Assembly (NCBI GenBank): GCA_020052375.1 | Contig: JAGVPG010000021.1 | Location: 17,969 to 81,968 of the forward strand | Reading direction: 5' to 3' | DNA: 64,000 nt | Origin: Actinomycetota bacterium | GTDB lineage: Bacteria; Actinomycetota; JAHEXW01; JAGVPG01 | In this document: in pieces, positions 1 to 8,169 of the stretch | Layout: the number at the start of each line of letters is the position of its first letter | How positions within the stretch are numbered: the first letter of the stretch is position 1 | Made by a program: the position numbers and the translations under genes | Notes under the pieces: model-generated | Databases searched by the model: none | What the model was told of the DNA's origin: nothing | What the model saw: only the letters and a program-made list of their open reading frames with translations

Positions 1-46
1 TTTCACCGGCCACACTGGCAAAAGTCTATAAGGACGTGAGATAGGT

Positions 47-1519
47 TTGCCTGAAGAGAATAGAGGTAAGAAAATAAGGGATTTTCTTAAGATACGCGAG
101 AACGGGAAAAGGATATTCATAGATCCTTCCAAGCCGGTGTGGTTTGCGGTGAACGATAAAGGCGCGGACATAGTAGAAGGTCTTTTAAGGGGAGCGGACT
201 ATCTTGAGGATGCCGAAGCGCTGGAATTCATCAAGCAATTGCATAGTCAGGAGCTAGTAGATAAAGCTGTACTTGATGTACAGAAATATTCAGGCAGGAG
301 TGGTCTCATCAAGCACGATATACTGGATGAACTATGGCTGCATGTGACAAACGTCTGCAACTTGACATGTAAACACTGTCTTGTAAGCGCTGTCATGAAG
401 AATGACGGATCTTATCGGGAGATGACGACTGAAGAGATCTACGTTCTGGTGGAAGAGGCCAGGTCGCTGGGAGCGCGCCGGTTTTATTTAAGCGGCGGCG
501 AGCCGTTTCTTCGAGAAGATATCTTCGATTTGATAGAAAGAGTGACGCAGAAAGATCAGTTGGTCATACTGACGAACGGAAGTCTGATAAAAAGAAACAG
601 AAAGTCGCTCGATGGATTAAGAAACAAGAACAGGATACTGTTTCAAGTCAGTCTTGAAGCCGATTGCGAAGAAATACATGACAACTTGAGAAGCAAGGGC
701 GGTTTTAAGGTAGCAATCGAGGGGATAAAGACTCTGATAGATATAGGTATGACGCCGGTCGCCGCGATGACTATCACGAAGATAAACATATCGCGCTTAT
801 GCGATGTAAACAGATTGCTGCAGGATCTGGGGGTACGTTTTCAACATCTACTGTGGCTTCATCAAAGGGGAAGAGCAGCGGGTAACCGGCAGCTCTCGAT
901 CGATCCTAAGGAGATCGCGATGAAGCTGGAAGAGTTACAAGACGTGTCTTCCGGGACGGGTGTCGCGGTGACCGTACAGAAAGCCGCATGTGCCCGGGTA
1001 AGCGGTAGACGCTCGATCAAGAACGATCTCTGCCATGCCGGGTGCGGGACGCTGGCGATAGGTCCGGACGGGGAAGCGTATCCTTGCGGCGCTCTGGTAG
1101 GTGAAGAAGCACTGAAATGTGGTTCTGTCGTCGACGAAGGATTAACCGCCATATGGAAAGACAGTAAGGTCTTGAAAGATATCAGGAACGCGAGTCTAAC
1201 AGATACACAAAAGTGTGCTTCGTGTAGTTACAGGTTCTATTGCGGTGGAGGTTGCATATCGTATAAGTATTTTAATAACGGCCATATATCAGGAATCGAC
1301 CCGTATTGCGATACCTATAAAGTATTATACGAAAACGCTCTTCTGAATACAGTGAGAGAGCGATGTAAAGACATCAAACCGGTAAAAGACCGGCCGGTGA
1401 TCTATGCCGCCTCTTGCCCTCCGGCGGAATTGCCGCCGGGGCAGCGCCTTGATGTGAGGAGTTTCCATTGCGCCTGCGTCCTGACGACCAATGATGAGTG
1501 CAAGAAAGACTGCAGCTAG
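47..1519 (+). CDS. radical SAM / SPASM-domain protein (peptide-maturase-like) with N-terminal PqqD/RRE-like region and Cys-rich C-terminal tail
   Basis: CNLTCKHC (CxxxCxxC) and SGGEPFL; C-terminal auxiliary-cluster Cys pattern CHAGCG..YPCG..CASCSYRFYCGGGC; TTG start after AAGGA. Confidence 0.8.
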   Translation: MPEENRGKKIRDFLKIRENGKRIFIDPSKPVWFAVNDKGADIVEGLLRGADYLEDAEALEFIKQLHSQELVDKAVLDVQKYSGRSGLIKHDILDELWLHVTNVCNLTCKHCLVSAVMKNDGSYREMTTEEIYVLVEEARSLGARRFYLSGGEPFLREDIFDLIERVTQKDQLVILTNGSLIKRNRKSLDGLRNKNRILFQVSLEADCEEIHDNLRSKGGFKVAIEGIKTLIDIGMTPVAAMTITKINISRLCDVNRLLQDLGVRFQHLLWLHQRGRAAGNRQLSIDPKEIAMKLEELQDVSSGTGVAVTVQKAACARVSGRRSIKNDLCHAGCGTLAIGPDGEAYPCGALVGEEALKCGSVVDEGLTAIWKDSKVLKDIRNASLTDTQKCASCSYRFYCGGGCISYKYFNNGHISGIDPYCDTYKVLYENALLNTVRERCKDIKPVKDRPVIYAASCPPAELPPGQRLDVRSFHCACVLTTNDECKKDCS

Positions 1520-2207
1520 ACCTGCAATAGTAATAATGAGCCGGATGCCGGTTACCGGCGAAGTCAAAACCCGGATGCAACCGCTTATAAGCCCCGAAAG
1601 GTCCGCCGATCTGCAACGCGCTTTGCTGCTAGACACTTTAGATATGGTCGGTTTCATTAAAAGGACAACGGCATTCCTCGCGTTCGCTCCTGCGGAAAGA
1701 AATGGTATATCTTGTCCACACAAGGTGCCAAGAGAACAAGTATTCCGGCAGATAGGCAGGGATCTCGGCGAAAGGATCCTTGAATCTTCAAAGACTGTGC
1801 TGAATAAGGGTTATTCACCTGTTGTCATAATAGGAAGCGACTGCCCGGTACTGCAACCCGAAACAATCGATGAAGCGATCCATTCACTAGACAGCGCCGA
1901 TGTGTGCATCGGGCCGGCACAAGACGGCGGATACTATCTTATAGGCATGAAAAGGACGATCTCTGATATCTTCTTGGATATCCCATGGGGCACCAGCGAA
2001 GTGTTTGATGCTACAACACAGAGAGCAGTGAGATCGGGTTTAAATGTGCATCTTCTGCAAAAACTTTTCGACATCGACACAAGGTCATCGCTAGAACAAC
2101 TTGCCCCCATCCTAAAGGATCCCGATAGATCAGGGATCCGGCACTTTCCGCAGCGTACTTATGACTGGATGTTGAAAGAGGGATTTTGTGGTGACAAGAA
2201 GTCATAG
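1491..2207 (+). CDS. DUF2064 / TIGR04282-like transferase-like protein
   Basis: AIVIMSRMPVTGEVKTRMQP, GSDCP, DGGYYLIG and PWGT motifs typical of DUF2064; overlaps the rSAM gene by 29 nt. Confidence 0.65.
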   Translation: MMSARKTAARPAIVIMSRMPVTGEVKTRMQPLISPERSADLQRALLLDTLDMVGFIKRTTAFLAFAPAERNGISCPHKVPREQVFRQIGRDLGERILESSKTVLNKGYSPVVIIGSDCPVLQPETIDEAIHSLDSADVCIGPAQDGGYYLIGMKRTISDIFLDIPWGTSEVFDATTQRAVRSGLNVHLLQKLFDIDTRSSLEQLAPILKDPDRSGIRHFPQRTYDWMLKEGFCGDKKS

Positions 2208-2261
2208 TAACGATATCATACAGAAGTAGTAGTCGAGTCTTTATCAAAAGGGGGTAAGACG

Positions 2262-2972
2262 ATGGGCAAGAGAACACCTTCTGGAGGTTCGGCAGCCTTC
2301 TGGGCAGTATTCGCCTGCATCATCACTTTTATTTTTACGGCACTGGTATTTACTGTAGGGGCTTATGCATGGGGGAACAGTCAGTGGAAAAAGAAAGCGG
2401 ACGTCGATAGCAAAAAGATAAAACTGCTTGAGAAGAAGATCAAACTCCTCGAAAAAGAGAACGGTGAATTGAAGCAGAGCACACAAAAACTTGAACAACA
2501 GGATGAATATGCAGGTTGGCAGACATATGAAAATAATAACTACGGGTATACGATGAAGTATCCGGCTGATTGGACAGTAGAACATAAGACGGAGGCGGAT
2601 GATGGAAGTCCGGCAGACTGGCTTCTGTTCAGCAGTCCCGACAAAACGTACTCTCTTTCTTTCGGGATCAGAAACAAAGGTGACACGATAGCGATAATGG
2701 GAAGGACCGGAACGGGAGCGGGGGATTTTGAAGCGCTGGGAACGGCTTTTATTGGATCGACAGAGGTACATGTGATGAAACTTGTATTTGAAGGAAAGGT
2801 AAAATTGATATCTTACGGCGGCGCAAGCGGGACTAAAACGGAGATCGACAGCCACGAAGTCACCGCCGAATTCAATAAGAAATACGAGGGCGATTACAAA
2901 GACTACAGTATCGATGATCCACCCGAGAAGCTCATAGCGGATAAAATCCTAAAATCCTTTCAACTGAAATAA
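2262..2972 (+). CDS. membrane-anchored hypothetical protein with coiled-coil segment
   Basis: RBS AAGGGGG; N-terminal TM helix AAFWAVFACIITFIFTALVF; KKIKLLEKKIKLLEKE repeat. Confidence 0.55.
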   Translation: MGKRTPSGGSAAFWAVFACIITFIFTALVFTVGAYAWGNSQWKKKADVDSKKIKLLEKKIKLLEKENGELKQSTQKLEQQDEYAGWQTYENNNYGYTMKYPADWTVEHKTEADDGSPADWLLFSSPDKTYSLSFGIRNKGDTIAIMGRTGTGAGDFEALGTAFIGSTEVHVMKLVFEGKVKLISYGGASGTKTEIDSHEVTAEFNKKYEGDYKDYSIDDPPEKLIADKILKSFQLK

Positions 2973-2977
2973 ACTTG

Positions 2978-4309
2978 ATGATGAAGCGGCGAAGTCGGCA
3001 CATCATTACCTTGACTTTATCGGTGATGATGCTGATGATCTTCTCGACTGCTTGTATATGCTGGTGCGCACCGATAGATACAATGGTCCACAATGGCAAC
3101 TGCGCCAGGATCATGTATAAATCACCTTCAAGCAAATCAAAGGTTCCACTACCCCCGGCCGTATCGATTGCTTTTGTTAAAGACGGCGACATATGGCGGA
3201 TAAAGGAAGATGGGTCGGAGAAGAAGCAACTTACAAAGACTGCCGACAATGAATCCTGCCTTTCATACTCGTATTCAAAAGGAAGACTATGGTATATAAA
3301 GACCAGCACATATATGTATGAATCAGTAGGCGTCGGCGATGTATGGAGTATCAAGATGGACGGTTCGGATCCCAAACAGATAACCAGAGGTATAAAGGCG
3401 CGTTTTGTAAGTGTCTCACCGGATGGTAAGAAGATCGCCGTCTCTGTAGTCAGGGAGCGGTCGGACATAGAATCGCTGCAGGGACAACCGATAGAGACTT
3501 CCGATATGTGGTTGATGGATGCCGAGACTACCGGGCAGACGGCCAGCTCGTCCCATATAGACTTGAGCGGAGATCTTAAGATGAGTCAAGTGGGTGGACG
3601 GGATGGGGCGACTTTTGCCGATTGGTCTTCTCAAAGCGACAAACTGGTGTTCACGTATAAACCGGATTCGAGCGCGTCAGTGGGGATATCTACAAAGGAA
3701 CTCTACATCGTCAATACTGATGGAAAAGACAGAAAGAAGATCGCGACCGGCGTCGACTATCCGAGCTTCTTACCAAACAGCGAATCGATCGCGGTCGCTT
3801 TCGGAGTACATTGGGATATCATGGGGCTTAAGATAATAGATTCGTCGGGAACGGATCAAAAGGAGATCGAGCCTATACCGACCACGATCCAAGTCAGCAT
3901 AGGCAAGCCGTTCGCTCTCTGGTACCAGATCGACCCGCAAGTGCTATATGTGGCATCGGTACAGGAGGGGGGCGGCGCTACGCCGGGAACAACGGTATAT
4001 CTGGCCGATACAAAAACAGGAGAAAAAAAGGCGCTTTGCTTCTCGCCGGACGTTACAGATCCGTTCAGTATTCCATCGGCAAGCGTGTACACACAGAGGA
4101 TCGTCCTTCAGCGGGGCATATCGGGCATGCAAGGCAGTAACAACGCGACAATATGGACGGTAAAACTGGACGGATCGGAACTTAAGCAGTTGACAGATGG
4201 TCCGGGCGATACGGAGCCAATACTGTTTGAGGAAAAACGGAAAGGCGGCACAACCGGCACGACAAACGCGAGAAATGTTTTTTGCCATAAGTTGGATATC
4301 CAGAAATAG
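2978..4309 (+). CDS. TolB-like / PD40 beta-propeller repeat protein, secreted
   Basis: Signal-like N-terminus; repeated DGSxKKQLT / DGSDPKQIT / DGKDRKKI / DGSELKQLTDG blades. Confidence 0.65.
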   Translation: MMKRRSRHIITLTLSVMMLMIFSTACICWCAPIDTMVHNGNCARIMYKSPSSKSKVPLPPAVSIAFVKDGDIWRIKEDGSEKKQLTKTADNESCLSYSYSKGRLWYIKTSTYMYESVGVGDVWSIKMDGSDPKQITRGIKARFVSVSPDGKKIAVSVVRERSDIESLQGQPIETSDMWLMDAETTGQTASSSHIDLSGDLKMSQVGGRDGATFADWSSQSDKLVFTYKPDSSASVGISTKELYIVNTDGKDRKKIATGVDYPSFLPNSESIAVAFGVHWDIMGLKIIDSSGTDQKEIEPIPTTIQVSIGKPFALWYQIDPQVLYVASVQEGGGATPGTTVYLADTKTGEKKALCFSPDVTDPFSIPSASVYTQRIVLQRGISGMQGSNNATIWTVKLDGSELKQLTDGPGDTEPILFEEKRKGGTTGTTNARNVFCHKLDIQK

Positions 4310-4336
4310 AATCAGAGAATAGGAGGCATGAGTTAA

Positions 4337-4735
4337 ATGACAAGAAAAAACATCTTCAACGTGCTTATGACTTGCATGGTCTTAGGTTCAATGATCCTTT
4401 TGGCTGGTTGCGCAAAAGGGACAACCGAGTATTCCGACAGCGGTATGACGATAAAAGCAAGTCCGGGTCAGGCTTTCAAGATCGTGCTTGATGCCAATCA
4501 TACGACGGGCTACGAATGGCAGATCTCGATCCCTCTTGACACAAAGATCGTCCAGTTCGACGGCACGGACTATAAAGCCGAGGACACAGGAAGGGTCGGT
4601 TCGGGAGGTAAGGAAGTCTGGACTTTCAAAGCAGCAGGTAAGGGTAAGACCAGGATATTCTTTGAGTATATTAGACCATGGGAAGAGGGCAAGAAACCCG
4701 TCGACACAAAGACCTTTAAAGTGGAAATCGACTAA
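4337..4735 (+). CDS. chagasin-family (I42) cysteine-peptidase inhibitor lipoprotein
   Basis: Lipobox LLAGC; all three chagasin loops present: NHTTGYEW, GSGG..WTFKA, RPW. Confidence 0.8.
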   Translation: MTRKNIFNVLMTCMVLGSMILLAGCAKGTTEYSDSGMTIKASPGQAFKIVLDANHTTGYEWQISIPLDTKIVQFDGTDYKAEDTGRVGSGGKEVWTFKAAGKGKTRIFFEYIRPWEEGKKPVDTKTFKVEID

Positions 4736-4833
4736 ATGTTCGCTTCTTTTGTTACATATTCAGAAAACTGATGTTATAATTAAAAGAACCCCGGTTTCAC
4801 GGTCCGACCTGTTGGATGTCACGGGAGTCTTAG

Positions 4834-5310
4834 ATGCTTGAAGATAGATTTGTCATAGATGCGTGTACTTTATTGAATTTTTACTGCCGTCTCGAACGCG
4901 AAGACTGTCTGCGTAAACTTTTTAGAAGCGGACTTAAAATAACAAGTAAGGTCAGAGACGAGGTACTTTCCTGCGCCGAAGGTCCGGGTAAGCTGAGGCT
5001 TCTCTCCGATATAGAAAGCGGTTTCTTAAAAGTCGAGTATATAGGCACTGAAGATATCGAGGATTTTGATATGCTCGAAGGCCCAAGGAATACACTCGAT
5101 CCGGGGGAGCTAAGCAGCGCAGCTCTTGCAATAGCCCGCAGATACATTTTTATTACGGATGACAGAAGGGCACAAGGCGATCTGCTTGGTACAGGGGTGA
5201 TCTGTCGTGACAGCAGGTGGATCATAAGGGAAGCGGCTAAGCGGCGTTGCATCACGACGGCTGATAAAAAGAGACTGCTAGATGCCCTGAAGCCCCGCGC
5301 GCTCACTTAA
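4834..5310 (+). CDS. PIN-like (DUF3368-type) nucleic-acid-binding protein
   Basis: FVIDACTLLNF, DPGELSSAALA and FITDDRRA acidic motifs; no partner antitoxin ORF seen. Confidence 0.5.
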   Translation: MLEDRFVIDACTLLNFYCRLEREDCLRKLFRSGLKITSKVRDEVLSCAEGPGKLRLLSDIESGFLKVEYIGTEDIEDFDMLEGPRNTLDPGELSSAALAIARRYIFITDDRRAQGDLLGTGVICRDSRWIIREAAKRRCITTADKKRLLDALKPRALT

Positions 5311-5321
5311 GATTTTTAAGA

Positions 5322-5870
5322 CTACCACTTGTTGAAATGTGTTATCTCCGCCAGTTGACGGCGTTTTTGTGATCCCAGCACCGTTTTAACGGACTTCTCG
5401 TAAAATCCCGCTTTATCAGCCGGGTATCCTAACGGCGTAAGGGCGACTATCTTCAAAGTGTCCGGTATGTCTAGGGCGGCCTTGAGTATCGGTTCGTCGA
5501 ATATGCCGACCCAGCAAGTCCCCAAACCCAGATCGGTGGCCGCAAGTACTAGATGTTCCATCGAGATGGCGACATCCACAGCATAATAAGGGATGTCGTA
5601 ACGATCGCCGCTTGCTTTCGGATCTCCGCAAGAGACAATGACCACAGGCGCGTCGCGCAACCAAAGATTTCGAACAAAACCACCGGAAGAAGCAAGGTCG
5701 CGTATCAGTTTCCTGTCGTCGATCACTATATAAGACCAGCACTGCCAGTTCTTCCATGACGGGGCAAGGCGCGCGGCATCTAGTACATGATCGAGCTTTT
5801 CTCTCTCGACACCTCGATCGGCGAACCTTCTAACGCTTTTTCTGATCTGTATGACTTCGGAAAGTTCCAT
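5322..5870 (-). CDS. nitroreductase family protein
   Basis: IRKSVRRF, LDAARLAPSWKNWQCW, and a C-terminal region with overall nitroreductase-like sequence. Confidence 0.8.
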   Translation of the reverse strand: MELSEVIQIRKSVRRFADRGVEREKLDHVLDAARLAPSWKNWQCWSYIVIDDRKLIRDLASSGGFVRNLWLRDAPVVIVSCGDPKASGDRYDIPYYAVDVAISMEHLVLAATDLGLGTCWVGIFDEPILKAALDIPDTLKIVALTPLGYPADKAGFYEKSVKTVLGSQKRRQLAEITHFNKW

Positions 5871-5885
5871 ACTGTAGATCCAATC

Positions 5886-6281
5886 CTAAAAACTAAAGGT
5901 TATCACTGTACCGCTTCCGGAAACCGTATATATAGTACCACTCCGGCTGCGGCAACTTAACGTGAATGTCGCATCCGACACATTAGATATATAGATGTCA
6001 TTGTCTGACTGAACCGCGCCATCCATAAAACTAACCCCACCGACAATGGGGTTCAATTCCGCGGCATTCATATTCGCATAGGTAGCGTTATGGTCGACAT
6101 AATAAGTCTGGGCGGCATTAAGCGCGTTGCGCAGGTTGGATCTGGCCTCCGCGTCATATCCACGGGCGCGGATGGCGACAAAGGAAGGGACGATGATGCC
6201 GATCAGAATGCCGATAATGAGAACGACCGTCATCATCTCAAGAAGAGTGAATCCTTGCTCACCCTCGTTCAGCAAAAGCAT
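5886..6281 (-). CDS. type IV pilin-like protein (prepilin N-terminal cleavage/methylation domain)
   Basis: G/FTLLEMMTVVLIIGILIGIIVPSF class III signal. Confidence 0.8.
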   Translation of the reverse strand: MLLLNEGEQGFTLLEMMTVVLIIGILIGIIVPSFVAIRARGYDAEARSNLRNALNAAQTYYVDHNATYANMNAAELNPIVGGVSFMDGAVQSDNDIYISNVSDATFTLSCRSRSGTIYTVSGSGTVITFSF

Positions 6282-6312
6282 CCCCCGACTCTTTTCCGGC
6301 AGCCCTTAAAGA

Positions 6313-7251
6313 TTGTCAAACAAAAGATATCACAATATGTATTATAATTTAACAGCTATGAGATATTTCAACATGAGCTTGAGGGATATCAGGGAAGACC
6401 TTGAAGGGAAGCCGAAGATAGTATTCGTCGTCCTCGGCGTTGTGATGGTGTGGATACTTCACACCATCGATTTCTATCTGGCCCCTGGCGTAGCGTTTTC
6501 TCTTCTGTATTGGATACCGGTGTCTATGGCCACTTGGTTCTCCGGATTATGGGGCGGGGTTATCGTTACATTCAGCAGCGCCATCGGTTGGCTGGTCCAT
6601 GATTATCTGACAGGCATGAACCTGAGTGATCCGGTAAGGACGATCTTTCTGGAACTCGGATTTTTATTGGTGGGCGCTTACATCCTGGCGAATCTGAAAA
6701 AATCTCTGGATGTAGAGAAGACCTTCGCAGTGACCGATGCGCTTACGAAAGTAGGAAACTGGCGCTGGTTTACCGACAGAGCTGACTATGAGATAAGGCG
6801 TTCGACCAGGTATAACCACGTTTTCAGTCTCCTGTACATGGATGTCGACAACTTTAAAGAGATCAATGACAATTACGGGCATGTAACCGGGAACGAACTA
6901 CTGGTGATGATAGGCATAACGATCAGGAATCACACGAGAAGTACGGACATCACCGCCCGTCTCGGAGGCGACGAGTTCGCGATACTTTTGCCAGAGGCGA
7001 ATGAGAAACAGGCAAAAGTAGTGGCTTTAAAACTAAAAGGTCTTCTGGATCAGGCAATGGAATCGACCGAGTGGCCGGTGACTTTCAGTTTCGGCGTAGT
7101 CACATTCGACCAGCCGCCTGCCAATGTGGACGACTTGATAAGATTTGCCGATGAGATGATGTATGAAGCAAAGGAAAAGGGGAAAGACCGGATGGAGACA
7201 CGTGTCTTTCAAGGATATGAAAGCGAAGTAGAACGGAGCGTGAGGAAGTGA
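6313..7251 (+). CDS. membrane-bound diguanylate cyclase (GGDEF domain, with RxxD I-site)
   Basis: N-terminal TM helices; RSTDITARLGGDEF; start codon uncertain (TTG 6313 or the ATGs at 6337-6373). Confidence 0.85.
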   Translation: MSNKRYHNMYYNLTAMRYFNMSLRDIREDLEGKPKIVFVVLGVVMVWILHTIDFYLAPGVAFSLLYWIPVSMATWFSGLWGGVIVTFSSAIGWLVHDYLTGMNLSDPVRTIFLELGFLLVGAYILANLKKSLDVEKTFAVTDALTKVGNWRWFTDRADYEIRRSTRYNHVFSLLYMDVDNFKEINDNYGHVTGNELLVMIGITIRNHTRSTDITARLGGDEFAILLPEANEKQAKVVALKLKGLLDQAMESTEWPVTFSFGVVTFDQPPANVDDLIRFADEMMYEAKEKGKDRMETRVFQGYESEVERSVRK

Positions 7252-7252
7252 C

Positions 7253-8002
7253 ATGGAAGTTTTGAAGCCGAAGGTATGGCAGATACTGATCGGGTCGTTT
7301 CTGGTGTTGCTGTCGGCGGCTCTTTATCTGCTGCACTTCCTGATATTCAGAGACCTAAACCATCTCGCTGTGTACGCCCTTAGTGAACTGGCGTTTCTGC
7401 CGCTTGAAGTCCTTTTTGTGACAATGATACTTCATGAATTGCTGAACGCGCGTGACAAGCGTAACCGGCTGTTAAAACTGAATATGCTGATAGGGTTGTT
7501 CTTCAGCGAGATCGGGACAAAACTGATGGTGATCTTCTCGGACGCGGATCCGGGACAGGATGAGATAAAGCGCCGCCTGATCATCAAGGAGGATTGGACT
7601 GACAGAGAGTTCAATAAGGTCTGCGCGGACTTAAAACAGCACGACTACACGATATCCGGAGACGTGCTCGACATGAGCCGTATAAAATCCGTTTTGTCGG
7701 CGGACAGAGACCTATTGCTCCGTCTCATGGAAAACCCCAGTGTACTGGAACATGAAGCATTCACTGAACTCTTAAGATCTGTTTTTCACTTAAGGGAAGA
7801 ACTGGGTTACAGGAAGGATATCGGCAGTCTTCCTGCCAAGGACGTGGAACACCTCATAGTGGATTGCGAGAGGGTCTATAAAAGGTTGGTCCCGGAGTGG
7901 GTGGACTATATGAAGTATCTAAAGAAGTTCCATCCATACTTTTTCCTGCTGGCTTTGCGGACGAATCCGTTCGACACCGACGCATCGGTCATCATATCTT
8001 AA
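7253..8002 (+). CDS. membrane hypothetical protein
   Basis: Starts 2 nt after the GGDEF gene stop; 2-3 TM helices then a soluble domain. Confidence 0.5.
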   Translation: MEVLKPKVWQILIGSFLVLLSAALYLLHFLIFRDLNHLAVYALSELAFLPLEVLFVTMILHELLNARDKRNRLLKLNMLIGLFFSEIGTKLMVIFSDADPGQDEIKRRLIIKEDWTDREFNKVCADLKQHDYTISGDVLDMSRIKSVLSADRDLLLRLMENPSVLEHEAFTELLRSVFHLREELGYRKDIGSLPAKDVEHLIVDCERVYKRLVPEWVDYMKYLKKFHPYFFLLALRTNPFDTDASVIIS

Positions 8003-8099
8003 AACATACATAAGAAATTCATAACCGGTTCATTTGCTCTTCACTCTGTTTTGGTGTAATAGGATTAACGCAACGCAGTTCATGAGAGCAAACATGCCG

Positions 8100-8131
8100 G
8101 AGCCGGTCTTTAAAAAGACCGGCTCTTTTTG
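8100..8131 (+). terminator. intrinsic terminator hairpin plus T-tract
   Basis: GAGCCGGTCTTT / AAAGACCGGCTC perfect stem followed by TTTTTGTTG. Confidence 0.75.
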
Positions 8132-8169
8132 TTGTGTTAATATAGGAAAAACTCTTTAAGGAGGCGTCT

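Noticed and set aside
4488-4841. The 117-aa ORF as a possible antitoxin for the PIN-like gene.
   Set aside because: It overlaps the chagasin-like CDS out of frame for most of its length, and its translation is Arg/Ser-rich with no DNA-binding motif.
8003-8099. A known metal riboswitch (M-box, yybP-ykoY or NiCo) upstream of the P-type ATPase.
   Set aside because: None of the conserved core sequences of these classes is visible, and the segment is too short for an M-box. I kept it only as a low-interest leader or terminator observation.
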